From assembly GCA_913050095.1 (NCBI GenBank), contig CAJXAV010000002.1, positions 4,797-68,796 on the forward strand: a DNA stretch of 64,000 nucleotides, in the 5' to 3' direction. The translations under genes and the position numbers were made by a program. This stretch comes from an uncultured Gammaproteobacteria bacterium. Lineage in GTDB: Bacteria > Pseudomonadota > Gammaproteobacteria > Poriferisulfidales > GCA-002705445. Each line of letters starts with the position of its first letter. Positions within the stretch are counted from its first letter, which is position 1. Shown here one piece after another: positions 1 through 9,240 of the stretch. Below the pieces are notes generated by a model, which did not search any database, was not told the origin of the DNA, and saw only the letters and a list, made by a program, of their open reading frames with translations.

Positions 1-776
1 CAAGTATAACTAGTGGTAAATCAACTATCTTTCAAAATTATATTAATCATGGAATCATACTATCCGTGTATTTTTTATTTACTATTTTGTTAGGTTTTAA
101 TAATAATAGTAAGATATATTACTTTTTATCAATTATATCGTTTATCAATATAATTTTTTTAACAGACTCAAGATCAGCATATATTATCGTAATGCTAATA
201 CTTTTTTTGTTTTCTTTAAAAATTAAAAATATTAATTTTTTTGCATTTTTATCTGTTTTTATCTTATTACCTTTATTTTTTTCAGCTTTTAACGATAATT
301 TTGTTAAAAGAGTAGAAGTAGCGTCAAATGATGTTGCTAAAATTATAAAAGATAATGATATAGATTCATCGGTAGGTTACAGATATTTATGGGCTAATGT
401 TGGTTTTGATGTAATCAAAAAAAATCCATTTTTTGGTAATGGCGTAGGATCTTATAAAGAATCTGTAAAAGAATTCTATAAAGCTGATAATACTTTTAAG
501 TATTTTCCAGAGCTTGTAACAAATAATCCACACAATGAATTTGTCAGTATCGCAAGCCAACTGGGGATATTTGGTTTCATACTGTTTCTATTATTTTTAA
601 AATCACTGTATACGACTGATAAAAAATCACTATTTTCTAATATTGTTTTTTTAACAGTATTTCTTTCTTGTTTATCGAATTCGGTTTTTTATGATAATAT
701 ACTTGGTATATTTATAATAATTTTAATATGCCTTTCTTCCCAAGAAAAATTTATTAAGCTCCTTGAGGTTAAATAA
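1..776 (+). CDS. O-antigen ligase / Wzy_C-domain polytopic membrane protein, 5' end truncated by the window edge
   Basis: The reading frame is open from position 3 with no upstream stop, and the ORF-track start at 66 is a GTG. The protein is a hydrophobic multi-TM protein carrying the Wzy_C-like loop FGNGVGSY...NPHNEFVSIASQLGIFGF (GxGxG then H-N-x-F/Y...E/Q-x-G-I). It lies directly upstream of the wzm/wzt genes. Confidence 0.6.
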   Translation, partial: SITSGKSTIFQNYINHGIILSVYFLFTILLGFNNNSKIYYFLSIISFINIIFLTDSRSAYIIVMLILFLFSLKIKNINFFAFLSVFILLPLFFSAFNDNFVKRVEVASNDVAKIIKDNDIDSSVGYRYLWANVGFDVIKKNPFFGNGVGSYKESVKEFYKADNTFKYFPELVTNNPHNEFVSIASQLGIFGFILFLLFLKSLYTTDKKSLFSNIVFLTVFLSCLSNSVFYDNILGIFIIILICLSSQEKFIKLLEVK

Positions 777-779
777 AAA

Positions 780-1577
780 ATGAGTATTTTAAGAAATAAT
801 TCTGCAATATTAGATTTAGTCTACTCTGTCAAAAATTATTATTCTTGGTCATATTTAGCCTACTTTGATTTAAAATTAAAATATCGTAAAACATATCTTG
901 GTCCATGGTGGGTTGTAGTTGGTATGGCAATCTCTGCAGGGGTCTTATGCTTACTATGGAGTACAATTTTTAATTTAGATTGGAAAAACTTTCTTTTATA
1001 CTTATTTTCTGGTTTTATAATTTGGACATGGATAATTTCTATAGTAAATGATGGACCAGAAATATTTTCTGGATCAGCATTATTGATTAAAACCTATCCC
1101 ACACCACCAATTTTTTATGTTTTTAGAAAGTCATATTTGAATTTATTATTATTTCTGCATCATTTGCCATTAATATTTATCCTATTAATTATTATGCAAC
1201 CTGAAATAAACCCTAGAGTAATTTTAACGTTACCATTGTCAATTTTTCTAATTTTTATCAATTCTGTCTTATACTCTGCAACTATAGGAATAATTTCTGC
1301 ACGTTATAGAGATGTTGAACCAACCATTAAAGCTCTTATGGCACCAATGCTTCTCTTAACCCCTGTATTGTGGAAGCCTGAAATGCTTGGTGAGTATATT
1401 AACTATATCTATATTAATCCTTTTACTTATTTTATTGGAATCGTTAGGAATGATTTAATTGGCGATAAATTTGATATTTATGTTTGGTATGGAGCGATAA
1501 TTATAACTATTTTACAACTATTATTATTTCTTATTGTTTACTCTGCAAAAAGAAATAGAATAGTTTTTTGGGTTTAG
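780..1577 (+). CDS. wzm: ABC-2 type polysaccharide export permease (Wzm/KpsM/TagG family)
   Basis: 265-aa polytopic protein with N-terminus YSVKNYYSWSYLAYFDLKLKYRKTYLGPWW, typical of ABC-2 permeases. It is followed within 3 nt by an ABC ATPase gene. Confidence 0.7.
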   Translation: MSILRNNSAILDLVYSVKNYYSWSYLAYFDLKLKYRKTYLGPWWVVVGMAISAGVLCLLWSTIFNLDWKNFLLYLFSGFIIWTWIISIVNDGPEIFSGSALLIKTYPTPPIFYVFRKSYLNLLLFLHHLPLIFILLIIMQPEINPRVILTLPLSIFLIFINSVLYSATIGIISARYRDVEPTIKALMAPMLLLTPVLWKPEMLGEYINYIYINPFTYFIGIVRNDLIGDKFDIYVWYGAIIITILQLLLFLIVYSAKRNRIVFWV

Positions 1578-1580
1578 AAA

Positions 1581-2336
1581 GTGAATTCTTACATTAAATT
1601 AAACAACGTCTCTCTAGATTTTCCATTATACGAAGGTTTAGATTTATCGTTTAGGAATAAAATAACTAATTTTGGAAAATTAGGTATCATGAAAACTAGA
1701 AGTAACTTAGAGAGAAAAATTGTAAGAGGTTTAGACAGCATAAATCTTGATATAAAAAAAGGTGATAAAATTGCAATAATCGGCCCAAATGGATCTGGCA
1801 AAACAACTCTTTTAAAGTTATTAGCGGGAATATATACACCAACTGACGGAAAAATTGACGTTTTCGGAAAAGTCAGCAGCATGATAGATTTGGGATTTGG
1901 GTTTGTAGATGACGCTACCGGCTATGAAAATATAATACTTTCGAAAGTAATAAGAGGAGAATCGATAAAAGATAAAAAAAGTATTATGCAGACTGCACAC
2001 GACTTTACTGGGCTAGACGAATATCTTGATTTACCAATGCGAACGTATTCATCAGGTATGAAGTCAAGATTAGCGTTAGCATCTGCCTTATTTAGCATTC
2101 CTGATATACTGTTAATAGACGAATTCTTTTCTACAGGTGATTTAGAGTTTTCTAAAAAAAGTCGAAATAAAATTACGGAAATAATGGATAATTCTTCAAT
2201 AATGCTATTTGCATCACACGACTTAGAATTAATAAAAAAATTATGCACTAAAGCAATATATATGAAAAATGGAAAAATAAGTTATTATGGAGAAATTGAA
2301 AAAGCCAGAGAGATTTATGAAAAAGATTTTTCATAA
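1581..2336 (+). CDS. wzt: ABC transporter ATP-binding protein for polysaccharide export (Wzt/KpsT-like), with no C-terminal carbohydrate-binding extension
   Basis: Walker [13 protein letters not shown] signature [12 protein letters not shown], Walker B ILLIDE. At 251 aa it is core ATPase only. Confidence 0.75.
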   Translation: MNSYIKLNNVSLDFPLYEGLDLSFRNKITNFGKLGIMKTRSNLERKIVRGLDSINLDIKKGDKIAIIGPNGSGKTTLLKLLAGIYTPTDGKIDVFGKVSSMIDLGFGFVDDATGYENIILSKVIRGESIKDKKSIMQTAHDFTGLDEYLDLPMRTYSSGMKSRLALASALFSIPDILLIDEFFSTGDLEFSKKSRNKITEIMDNSSIMLFASHDLELIKKLCTKAIYMKNGKISYYGEIEKAREIYEKDFS

Positions 2337-2368
2337 GAACTTACCAACTTAAACTTTAGAGAATTTAT

Positions 2369-3007
2369 ATGATTTTAGTAACTGGTGGAAATGGCTTTTT
2401 AGGTAAATTATTGTTTGAAAGAGTTAAGTCAGAGAATATCGAAAAAAATATATTTTTTACAAATAAAAGTAAGCATTTCTCTATCAAAAATAATATTGTT
2501 AATATTGATTTATCATCAAAAAATCATGTAAAGAAACTTTTTTTAGAAAAAAAATTTAAAAAAATTATTCATTTAGCTGTAAGTAGAAATCCAATGAGTA
2601 ATCCAAAGATAAGATCTTTTGATACACTAAATCTAGATATTAGCATTCTGGTAAATTTGCTTAATTGTAATGATAAATTAGAGAAAATTTTATTTTTATC
2701 GTCAGCTGCCGTTTATAAAAATGTATTAAATAAAACCAATAGGGAAGATACGGTGAAATCTAATATTATTATTAATAAAATAATAAATTTTATTAATGAC
2801 GATTACTTAATGGGTAAAAAACTTTATAAAGAATTTTTGTTTACGAAAAATAAACTAGTAGATAAAACCATTGATCCCTTTTTTCATAAAAATGATAATC
2901 TTAGATTCAATGGAATAACAAAATTAATTTCAGAAAAAATTTTAAAAGAATATTGTCATGAAAATAAAATCGAATTGCAGATTTTAAGGCCTTATAGGAT
3001 AATATAA
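2369..3007 (+). pseudogene. Possible truncated or degenerate NAD(P)-dependent epimerase/dehydratase remnant; only the N-terminal Rossmann portion is present
   Basis: Starts with the Rossmann motif MILVTGGNGFLGKLL. It is only 212 aa and ends at ...LRPYRII*, where SDR epimerases normally continue for another 100 aa or more. There is no clean YxxxK motif. The sequence is very N/K-rich and low-complexity. The next ORF starts 3 nt later and is unrelated. Confidence 0.35.
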
Positions 3008-3009
3008 TT

Positions 3010-3669
3010 ATGGCTTATAAAAAACTACTCGAAAAAATGATGTCCCTAGGAAATTGGCATTATGACCCAACATCAAATATAAAGGATGCAGTTAATATAA
3101 GTCCTTACATAATTGAAGATAACTGGTTGCCAGATATTAAAGATGCGGTTAATTCCGTAGATTTTTCAGACTGTGTTTGGTGTTTTAAAGAAGAAGAAGA
3201 TGACTATGAAAATAATGTATTAGCTTGGACTAAATTAGATCATCGTTCACATGGTTACAATAATGAAAATACTAAATACAAGCAAATTCAAATAGATAAT
3301 AACGATAAACCATATTGGGCAGAATCTCTATTGAAACAAGCTGAGAAAAAAGGACTTAAAGAAGCATATTTAGGTGTTAATATGCAGGTACCTGGCACAG
3401 TAAATCCATGGCATTTTGATACTTACCAAAGATTAAAAAGTGGGCATTTTAATTTTGGAAGTGAAAAAGAATTTAAAAATATACGTAGGCATCTAATTTT
3501 TCCAGAAAACTGGCACTGGGGGCACTTTTTTCAAGTAGGAAATAGTGTGGTGTCAAATTGGAAAGCTGGAGATGCAGTAACTTGGGAGCCTTTAAGGTAT
3601 CATTTGGCTTGTAATGCAGGTATAAAACCAAAATACACTATCTCAATAACTGGAAAAATTGATACTTAA
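3010..3669 (+). CDS. Hypothetical protein, possibly cupin/oxygenase-like
   Basis: 219 aa with no recognisable family. It contains PWHFD ... RYHLACN, an H-x-D ... H arrangement compatible with a 2-His-1-carboxylate metal site. Trp/His-rich. Confidence 0.3.
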   Translation: MAYKKLLEKMMSLGNWHYDPTSNIKDAVNISPYIIEDNWLPDIKDAVNSVDFSDCVWCFKEEEDDYENNVLAWTKLDHRSHGYNNENTKYKQIQIDNNDKPYWAESLLKQAEKKGLKEAYLGVNMQVPGTVNPWHFDTYQRLKSGHFNFGSEKEFKNIRRHLIFPENWHWGHFFQVGNSVVSNWKAGDAVTWEPLRYHLACNAGIKPKYTISITGKIDT

Positions 3670-3702
3670 AAAATTGATACTTAAAAGTATAAGAGAACAT
3701 TT

Positions 3703-5577
3703 ATGTCAAATAATATAGATTTTGAAATCAGAAAAAAAAGAATGGACTCTTTACTTGAGAATATAAATTGTATTCATGATGAAAAATTAATAAAAGTAAG
3801 TTCAATAAGCAAAAAAAGCATTCATAATCTTAAAAATGCAGTTATGTATTATTTCTGGGACTGCATAACATCATCAAGTCAAAATGCAGAGATTATAATA
3901 AATGAGAACTTTTTCGAAAATTATCAAGAAGAAATAAAAAATTTACCTAACATTACACCAAACGGTTTAGTGGTGCCTAAAAAAGAAAATTTAATGTCTT
4001 TTAACAAATTGCAAAAAGTAATATTTGATGAATTTGAAAAAAATAATATTAACGATAAAATAGATAGGGTTCAGTTTCCAATAAATATTAGACTTCAAAG
4101 TAATGATTTTAAAACTGACGATAGACCAAGAGCATCCACAAAAAAACATACAGATATTTGGGCTGGTGATCCATCAGGAGCAATTATAGTATTTCTTCAT
4201 ATTTTTGGTGATTACAAAAAGATAGGTATTAATTTTTTTGAGCCTGATAAATTTCCAAAAGATCTTGTAAAAACATTAGACGATTATAATAAAGGAAATA
4301 ATAAAATTAAATCTCTTAAAGAAATACATTTTAAGTATGACGATTCAGGATGGATATTTGTCGACCCATTTTTGCTTCACGAGACATATAAAAATTCTAG
4401 CTCAATAAGAATATCTTTAGATTTTAGATTTATACCAAAAAAAAAGGTTTCCTCTGACACATATGAGGATGAAAATAGAAAACCATATTTTATTTCAATT
4501 CCAGATTGGAAAAAATATGGTGATTCAAAGATTTTATCAACAGAACAAACTTTACATGGTGATTTCAAAAAAAATAATTATACAAAATCATATCCAGTAG
4601 AAATATTTTCTAAAAATATAATGGATAATACTAATAGAGATATTTTATCTGAAAAAAAATTTATTGGTGAGAATTATATATGTGATAAATTTTCTATTAC
4701 AAAAAAAGATTTTGATGAAATTTTTGTAGATGGTCTTAATATTCTTGAGTATGAAGTTTTAGTTGGGCATGAAAGAGATAGTATTATTCAATCTATTATA
4801 AATAAAATAAATTCTAGTGATTTAAGAATTTCTGGAGAAAATAATAATGAAGTTTGGGAAAAAGGCTGGGGTGAGATTCTGGCTTCAATAAAAAATGATT
4901 TTAGCCCAGAAAAAATAATGCCTCAGTATTTTGATCATCACAATATTATGAGGCTAGATGGTCAATACATTAAAGGTATAACTGACAATTTTGTATATAA
5001 ATATGATCAAATAATAAGAAAAATTATTTTAAAAAGGTATGCGGAAACCAGTTCCAGTTTAATAGAGCTAGGTTGTGGAACAGGCAGTGGAACTTTCTTA
5101 GCTGCTTCAACTATTGATAAAAACATTAAAATAACAGCAAGTGATTGGGCATCTGCATCACTTCCAATAGTTAATGAAATAAGCAAATTTACAAAAAGAG
5201 ACATAAAAGCAGTTCAATTTAATATGTTAGATATGAATGGATATGAAGAATTATCTATAAAAAATGATTCTACTGTATTAAGTTTTCATGCTTTGGAGCA
5301 ACTAGGAGGAAATTATAAAAATCTTTTGCACAAACTTCAAAGCGAAAAGGTGTTGTGTGTTCATTTAGAGCCCATATACGAGTATTACAACAAAGATAAT
5401 TTATTTGATACTCTTGCAAAGAATTATCATAAAAAAAGAAATTATCTTGGAAATTTCCTAACAGATATTAAGCAACTTGAATTGGAAGGTAAAGCGGAAA
5501 TATTGGAAGAGCTTAGAATTGGTTTTGGTGATAGATATCATGAAGCATATGGCCTACTTGTGTGGAGAGGAAAATAA
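3703..5577 (+). CDS. Two-domain protein: N-terminal PhyH-like Fe(II)/2OG oxygenase-like domain fused to a C-terminal class I SAM-dependent methyltransferase
   Basis: The N-terminal motifs KKHTDIWAGDP and IRISLDFRFI are shared with ORF 9241-10152 (YHTDIMLGHPP / TRISLDIRII). The C-terminal part carries methyltransferase motif I LIELGCGTGSGTF and an acidic post-I region. Confidence 0.5.
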   Translation: MSNNIDFEIRKKRMDSLLENINCIHDEKLIKVSSISKKSIHNLKNAVMYYFWDCITSSSQNAEIIINENFFENYQEEIKNLPNITPNGLVVPKKENLMSFNKLQKVIFDEFEKNNINDKIDRVQFPINIRLQSNDFKTDDRPRASTKKHTDIWAGDPSGAIIVFLHIFGDYKKIGINFFEPDKFPKDLVKTLDDYNKGNNKIKSLKEIHFKYDDSGWIFVDPFLLHETYKNSSSIRISLDFRFIPKKKVSSDTYEDENRKPYFISIPDWKKYGDSKILSTEQTLHGDFKKNNYTKSYPVEIFSKNIMDNTNRDILSEKKFIGENYICDKFSITKKDFDEIFVDGLNILEYEVLVGHERDSIIQSIINKINSSDLRISGENNNEVWEKGWGEILASIKNDFSPEKIMPQYFDHHNIMRLDGQYIKGITDNFVYKYDQIIRKIILKRYAETSSSLIELGCGTGSGTFLAASTIDKNIKITASDWASASLPIVNEISKFTKRDIKAVQFNMLDMNGYEELSIKNDSTVLSFHALEQLGGNYKNLLHKLQSEKVLCVHLEPIYEYYNKDNLFDTLAKNYHKKRNYLGNFLTDIKQLELEGKAEILEELRIGFGDRYHEAYGLLVWRGK

Positions 5578-5584
5578 TAATATT

Positions 5585-7207
5585 TTATACAAATTCTCTT
5601 AAATTATAATTCCACTTATTATAAATAATTCTGTCTAAATTTTTTATCGAATCCATGTGATCGTCCAAATTTGATAATATTATATTAATTTTCTTTATTT
5701 GATTTTCATATATCTCATAATTTTTAGATATATTTTCAAGTTTTATATTATAAAATTTAGATATTAACAAAATTTTTACGTATAATGTAAAATTATCTTT
5801 TGATATATTTTTTTCAATCAAAGATATGTTTTTATGTAATTTTTCATAATTAATTTTTGAAAGAAAATAAGTTGCATCTGATTCATAATTTTTTGCAGTA
5901 CGATAATCATAGAAGTATTCAATCATTTTACGAAATTTTAACCTGACACTATTATATTTAACAGGATTTGATCTCTTAAAGATTACGAGAATGTCAACTA
6001 TAATATATGATGGTAACTTTAAAACTAAAGATGGAATATTGATTATAAAAATTTTAAAAAAATGAAAAACTCCTCTTGCTATATGATAAAGTAATGTTTT
6101 TTTTCTTGCAAACATTACATAAGTAATAGATAAATATCTAAAAAATTGAACTATATTAATTTTTTTTCTTTTTAATAAGATAAAGTAAATATATGAAAAT
6201 ATTTTTTTATGAAATTTATAAATATTTCTCCTTTCTACACCACCACCAGCATATGTAAAATATTGAAATGATCTTATAATATTTCTAAATAATATTTTTA
6301 TTCGTGAAATTTTATAGGGAAAAATAGCTAAAACTTTTTTAGATATTGGGTGTAGTATTTTTATTTTTTTTGATTTGTCAACAATAATTGGCTTTTCATA
6401 ATTTTTATCCACCAATTTACTTTCTAAATATATGTTTGCTCTTATTTTCTGCGATCGTCTTGATGCCTCTGTAAGAATTTTATATGAAAACAATTTAAAC
6501 CATGGATCTATCGTGTCAGATAGTCTTTTCATTTTTTGTTTCCTTGTAAGTCCGAGTGAAGCTCCTTCTCCTTCAAAAGTAAAATCATTTATCACTATAT
6601 CTCTTATTTCTTTATTTTTGTTAAATCTATCATGGTATGAAAAAAAGTAAGCTACTAGCTGATTAAAAGTATCTGGACCTAATGTTGGATTCCAGTCTCC
6701 GCATATATCAATCCATTTTTTTGTAGTGATTGCTGAAGTTTCCGGTGAAAAACCGCATTCCCATATATCCGCATAATTTCTATTTCTGAAACATGAAGTT
6801 CTTAATCTATAAAGATCATCAGGAAATAGTTTTACATATTTTTTTAGAATCTGATCCCATTCTTTTATTGGTATGCGCATTTCATCATTCATATTCCATA
6901 AAAAATATGTGTCTTTCTCACAAACTAATAGCATATCATTCATGGATCTCCACAAATCCGCAAAGCTTCCAAGTAGTGGAGTTGATATATATTTAACATT
7001 AATTTTAGAATTCAAAACAAGTTTTTCTAATAACTTGTTCATTGCAATATCATCATCATCAATTTTTACAATGATCTCAATAAGATCATGTTCTTTGATA
7101 TTTTCCTCCATGGATATTACAAAATCTTCAAAGTTTTTAGGATTATTTGATTGAAGGTGAATAGATAAAAGTTTTTTGAAACTGTATGTATTTTTTTCTT
7201 TCATCAT
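5585..7207 (-). CDS. Uncharacterised GT-A-like putative glycosyltransferase, family A copy 1, with a roughly 200-aa low-complexity C-terminal extension
   Basis: N-terminal SIHLQSNNP...IEIIVKIDDDD resembles the GT2 beta1 plus IIVVDDGS arrangement. It shares the block WECGFSPE..KKWIDICGDWNPTLGPDTFNQLVAYFF and the YAGGGVERR motif with ORFs 15275-16303 and 19869-20840. Confidence 0.45.
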   Translation of the reverse strand: MMKEKNTYSFKKLLSIHLQSNNPKNFEDFVISMEENIKEHDLIEIIVKIDDDDIAMNKLLEKLVLNSKINVKYISTPLLGSFADLWRSMNDMLLVCEKDTYFLWNMNDEMRIPIKEWDQILKKYVKLFPDDLYRLRTSCFRNRNYADIWECGFSPETSAITTKKWIDICGDWNPTLGPDTFNQLVAYFFSYHDRFNKNKEIRDIVINDFTFEGEGASLGLTRKQKMKRLSDTIDPWFKLFSYKILTEASRRSQKIRANIYLESKLVDKNYEKPIIVDKSKKIKILHPISKKVLAIFPYKISRIKILFRNIIRSFQYFTYAGGGVERRNIYKFHKKIFSYIYFILLKRKKINIVQFFRYLSITYVMFARKKTLLYHIARGVFHFFKIFIINIPSLVLKLPSYIIVDILVIFKRSNPVKYNSVRLKFRKMIEYFYDYRTAKNYESDATYFLSKINYEKLHKNISLIEKNISKDNFTLYVKILLISKFYNIKLENISKNYEIYENQIKKINIILSNLDDHMDSIKNLDRIIYNKWNYNLREFV

Positions 7208-7329
7208 AAAATTATTTATTTAACTATTTGTGATTAAGTATAAAGATATTGTAATTATTATTAAAGCTCTGATTTTAAATGCTAAATATATTATAATCTA
7301 ACAATATATAACCGATTTAGAAGATAATA

Positions 7330-8529
7330 ATGAAGCAGTGTGTAATATTAGTAGGCGGCAAAGGCTCAAGGCTGGGGGAAATTACAAAAAATTTCCCAAA
7401 ACCTATGCTGGATGTAAATAATAAGCCTTTTTTACTTCATCTTATTGAACAAATAAAATATTTTGGCTTTAAAGAAGTTTTATTGTTAGCGGGTCATTCC
7501 GCTAATATTTTAGATTCTTATTTTGATACAAAAAGTTTTTCGGATATCAAAATAAAAATTATTAAAGAAAAAATTCCCCTAGGAACTGGAGGAGCTCTAA
7601 TTAATGCCTACAAATATTTAGATGATAATTTTTTTTTAATGAATGGAGATTCAATAATCGATGGAAATTGGTTATCAATAATTGAAAATTTTAATAATAA
7701 TTATGATGTATCTATGGCATTAGTTAAGGAAAATGACTGTAGTAGGTATGGAAGTGTAAATCTAGATAAAAATACAGTTATTAGTTTTACGGAAAAAAAT
7801 AAAAATTCAAAAAAAGGCTTTATTAACGGAGGCGTATATTGCTTAAATAAAAAAATTCTTTCACAATATGAATTAGAGAATTTATCATTCGAGCAAGATA
7901 TTCTTCCAACACTTGTTAAAAATAAAAGAGTTGCTGGGTCTGAAATTAAAGGTTTTTTTATTGATATAGGTACACCAGAAAGTTTAGAATTTGCAAATGA
8001 GTCAAATTGGTCAAAAGCTAAAAAAGCTGTAGTTTTTGACAGGGATGGTACTTTGAATATTGATAATGGATATACTCATAAAGTTCGAGATTTAAAATGG
8101 AAACCTGGCGCTATATCTCTAATAAAATATCTAAATGATTTAAACTTTTTAGTTTTTGTTGCTACAAATCAGGCTGGGATAGCTAAGGGAATTTTTAAAG
8201 AAAATGATATGCATTTATTTCACTGTGAAATGCAAAAACAGTTAAGAAAGAAAGGCGCTCATATAGATGAATTTTATTATTGCCCTTACCATATAGACGG
8301 TTGTATTGACGAATATAAGATTGATAGCAATAATAGAAAACCAAAAACGGGTATGTTAGATAAAATATTTCAAAAATGGAATTTAAAAAAAGAAAACATG
8401 CTTATGGTTGGTGACAGAGATAGCGATATACAATGCGCAAATAATTTTGACATTTATAGCATTAAATACAATGGACTGGATAATTTATTAAATTTAAAGG
8501 ATAATATTAATAAAAAATTATTAGAGTAA
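7330..8529 (+). CDS. Bifunctional D-glycero-D-manno-heptose 1-phosphate guanylyltransferase (HddC-like) fused to D,D-heptose 1,7-bisphosphate phosphatase (GmhB-like)
   Basis: The N-terminus VILVGGKGSRLGEITKNFPKPM is a sugar-1-P nucleotidyltransferase G-x-G-x-R-L motif. The C-terminal half has the HAD/GmhB motif AVVFDRDGTLN plus later GDRDSD. Confidence 0.65.
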   Translation: MKQCVILVGGKGSRLGEITKNFPKPMLDVNNKPFLLHLIEQIKYFGFKEVLLLAGHSANILDSYFDTKSFSDIKIKIIKEKIPLGTGGALINAYKYLDDNFFLMNGDSIIDGNWLSIIENFNNNYDVSMALVKENDCSRYGSVNLDKNTVISFTEKNKNSKKGFINGGVYCLNKKILSQYELENLSFEQDILPTLVKNKRVAGSEIKGFFIDIGTPESLEFANESNWSKAKKAVVFDRDGTLNIDNGYTHKVRDLKWKPGAISLIKYLNDLNFLVFVATNQAGIAKGIFKENDMHLFHCEMQKQLRKKGAHIDEFYYCPYHIDGCIDEYKIDSNNRKPKTGMLDKIFQKWNLKKENMLMVGDRDSDIQCANNFDIYSIKYNGLDNLLNLKDNINKKLLE

Positions 8530-8532
8530 ACC

Positions 8533-9237
8533 ATGCAAATAAAGGATCTTGAACTTAAATTAGAGTTTTTTAAAGAGAATGGTTATCTTATTCTAGAGGA
8601 TATTTATAATGATGAGGAATGCAATGAAGTTGTAAATCATGCTCATCAAGTTTTAGGCCCATCTGATGATCTAACTCCATTAATGAATATTCATAAGAGT
8701 TCAGAGATAATTCAAAAATTTATGTCAAATAAAAAGCTATTGAATTTCATCAATTCTTATTTCCAAGATACGGCATTAGGCCTTCAAACTGAATTTTTCT
8801 TTATGCCGCCAAAAACTGTAGGTTTTAACCCTCATCAAGATAATACATATGTTAAAGCTTCATCTGATTCTTTTATATCAGCTTGGTGTGCATTAACAGA
8901 TGTAGATAAAAATAATGGTGGTTTAATTATTTGGCCAAAAACTCATAATGAGGAGGCTCTTGAAACAGTTGACACAGGTTTATCAAAGCATGACAACCAA
9001 GATCCAAACGCCACAATAAGAAAAACTGTTGTTCCAGAACAATATAATAAAGAATCACCAATTATAAAAAAAGGTAGTGTTTTATTAATACATAGTTGGC
9101 TTGTACACGCATCAAATACAAATAATTCTGATAACAATAGATATGCACTATTATGCACCTACTTGAAAGAGCATACTGATTTTAGGTCAGGATCATATGC
9201 ACAAAGAGTTCCATTTACGTTAGACGATACCGTTTAA
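8533..9237 (+). CDS. Phytanoyl-CoA dioxygenase (PhyH) family Fe(II)/2-oxoglutarate-dependent oxygenase
   Basis: Contains PHQDNTYVKA...AWCALTDVDKNNGGLIIWPKTH ... HSWLVHAS. This is the H-x-D ... H facial triad layout typical of the PhyH family. Confidence 0.55.
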   Translation: MQIKDLELKLEFFKENGYLILEDIYNDEECNEVVNHAHQVLGPSDDLTPLMNIHKSSEIIQKFMSNKKLLNFINSYFQDTALGLQTEFFFMPPKTVGFNPHQDNTYVKASSDSFISAWCALTDVDKNNGGLIIWPKTHNEEALETVDTGLSKHDNQDPNATIRKTVVPEQYNKESPIIKKGSVLLIHSWLVHASNTNNSDNNRYALLCTYLKEHTDFRSGSYAQRVPFTLDDTV

Positions 9238-9240
9238 TCT

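Noticed and set aside
1589-2248. Antisense ORFs 1589-1882(-) and 1922-2248(-) inside wzt. Similar short antisense or alternate-frame ORFs occur throughout, for example 4377-4568, 5007-5204, 6432-7154, 8943-9158, 22856-23089, 33840-34229, 35197-36516, 40444-41441, 45264-45776, 49052-49414 and 61686-61940.
   Set aside because: Each lies wholly within a longer, well-supported gene on the other strand or frame. Their translations are low-complexity with no motifs. AT-rich DNA produces many such spurious frames.
4437-4445. Homopolymeric tracts inside coding regions as possible slipped-strand phase-variation switches: A9 at about 4437-4445 in the oxygenase-MTase fusion, T9 at about 7630-7638 in hddC-gmhB, and T10 at about 62103-62112 in thiD.
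   Set aside because: Tracts of 8-10 A/T occur in housekeeping genes too (thiD), so they are expected by composition. There is no evidence they are variable from a single sequence.
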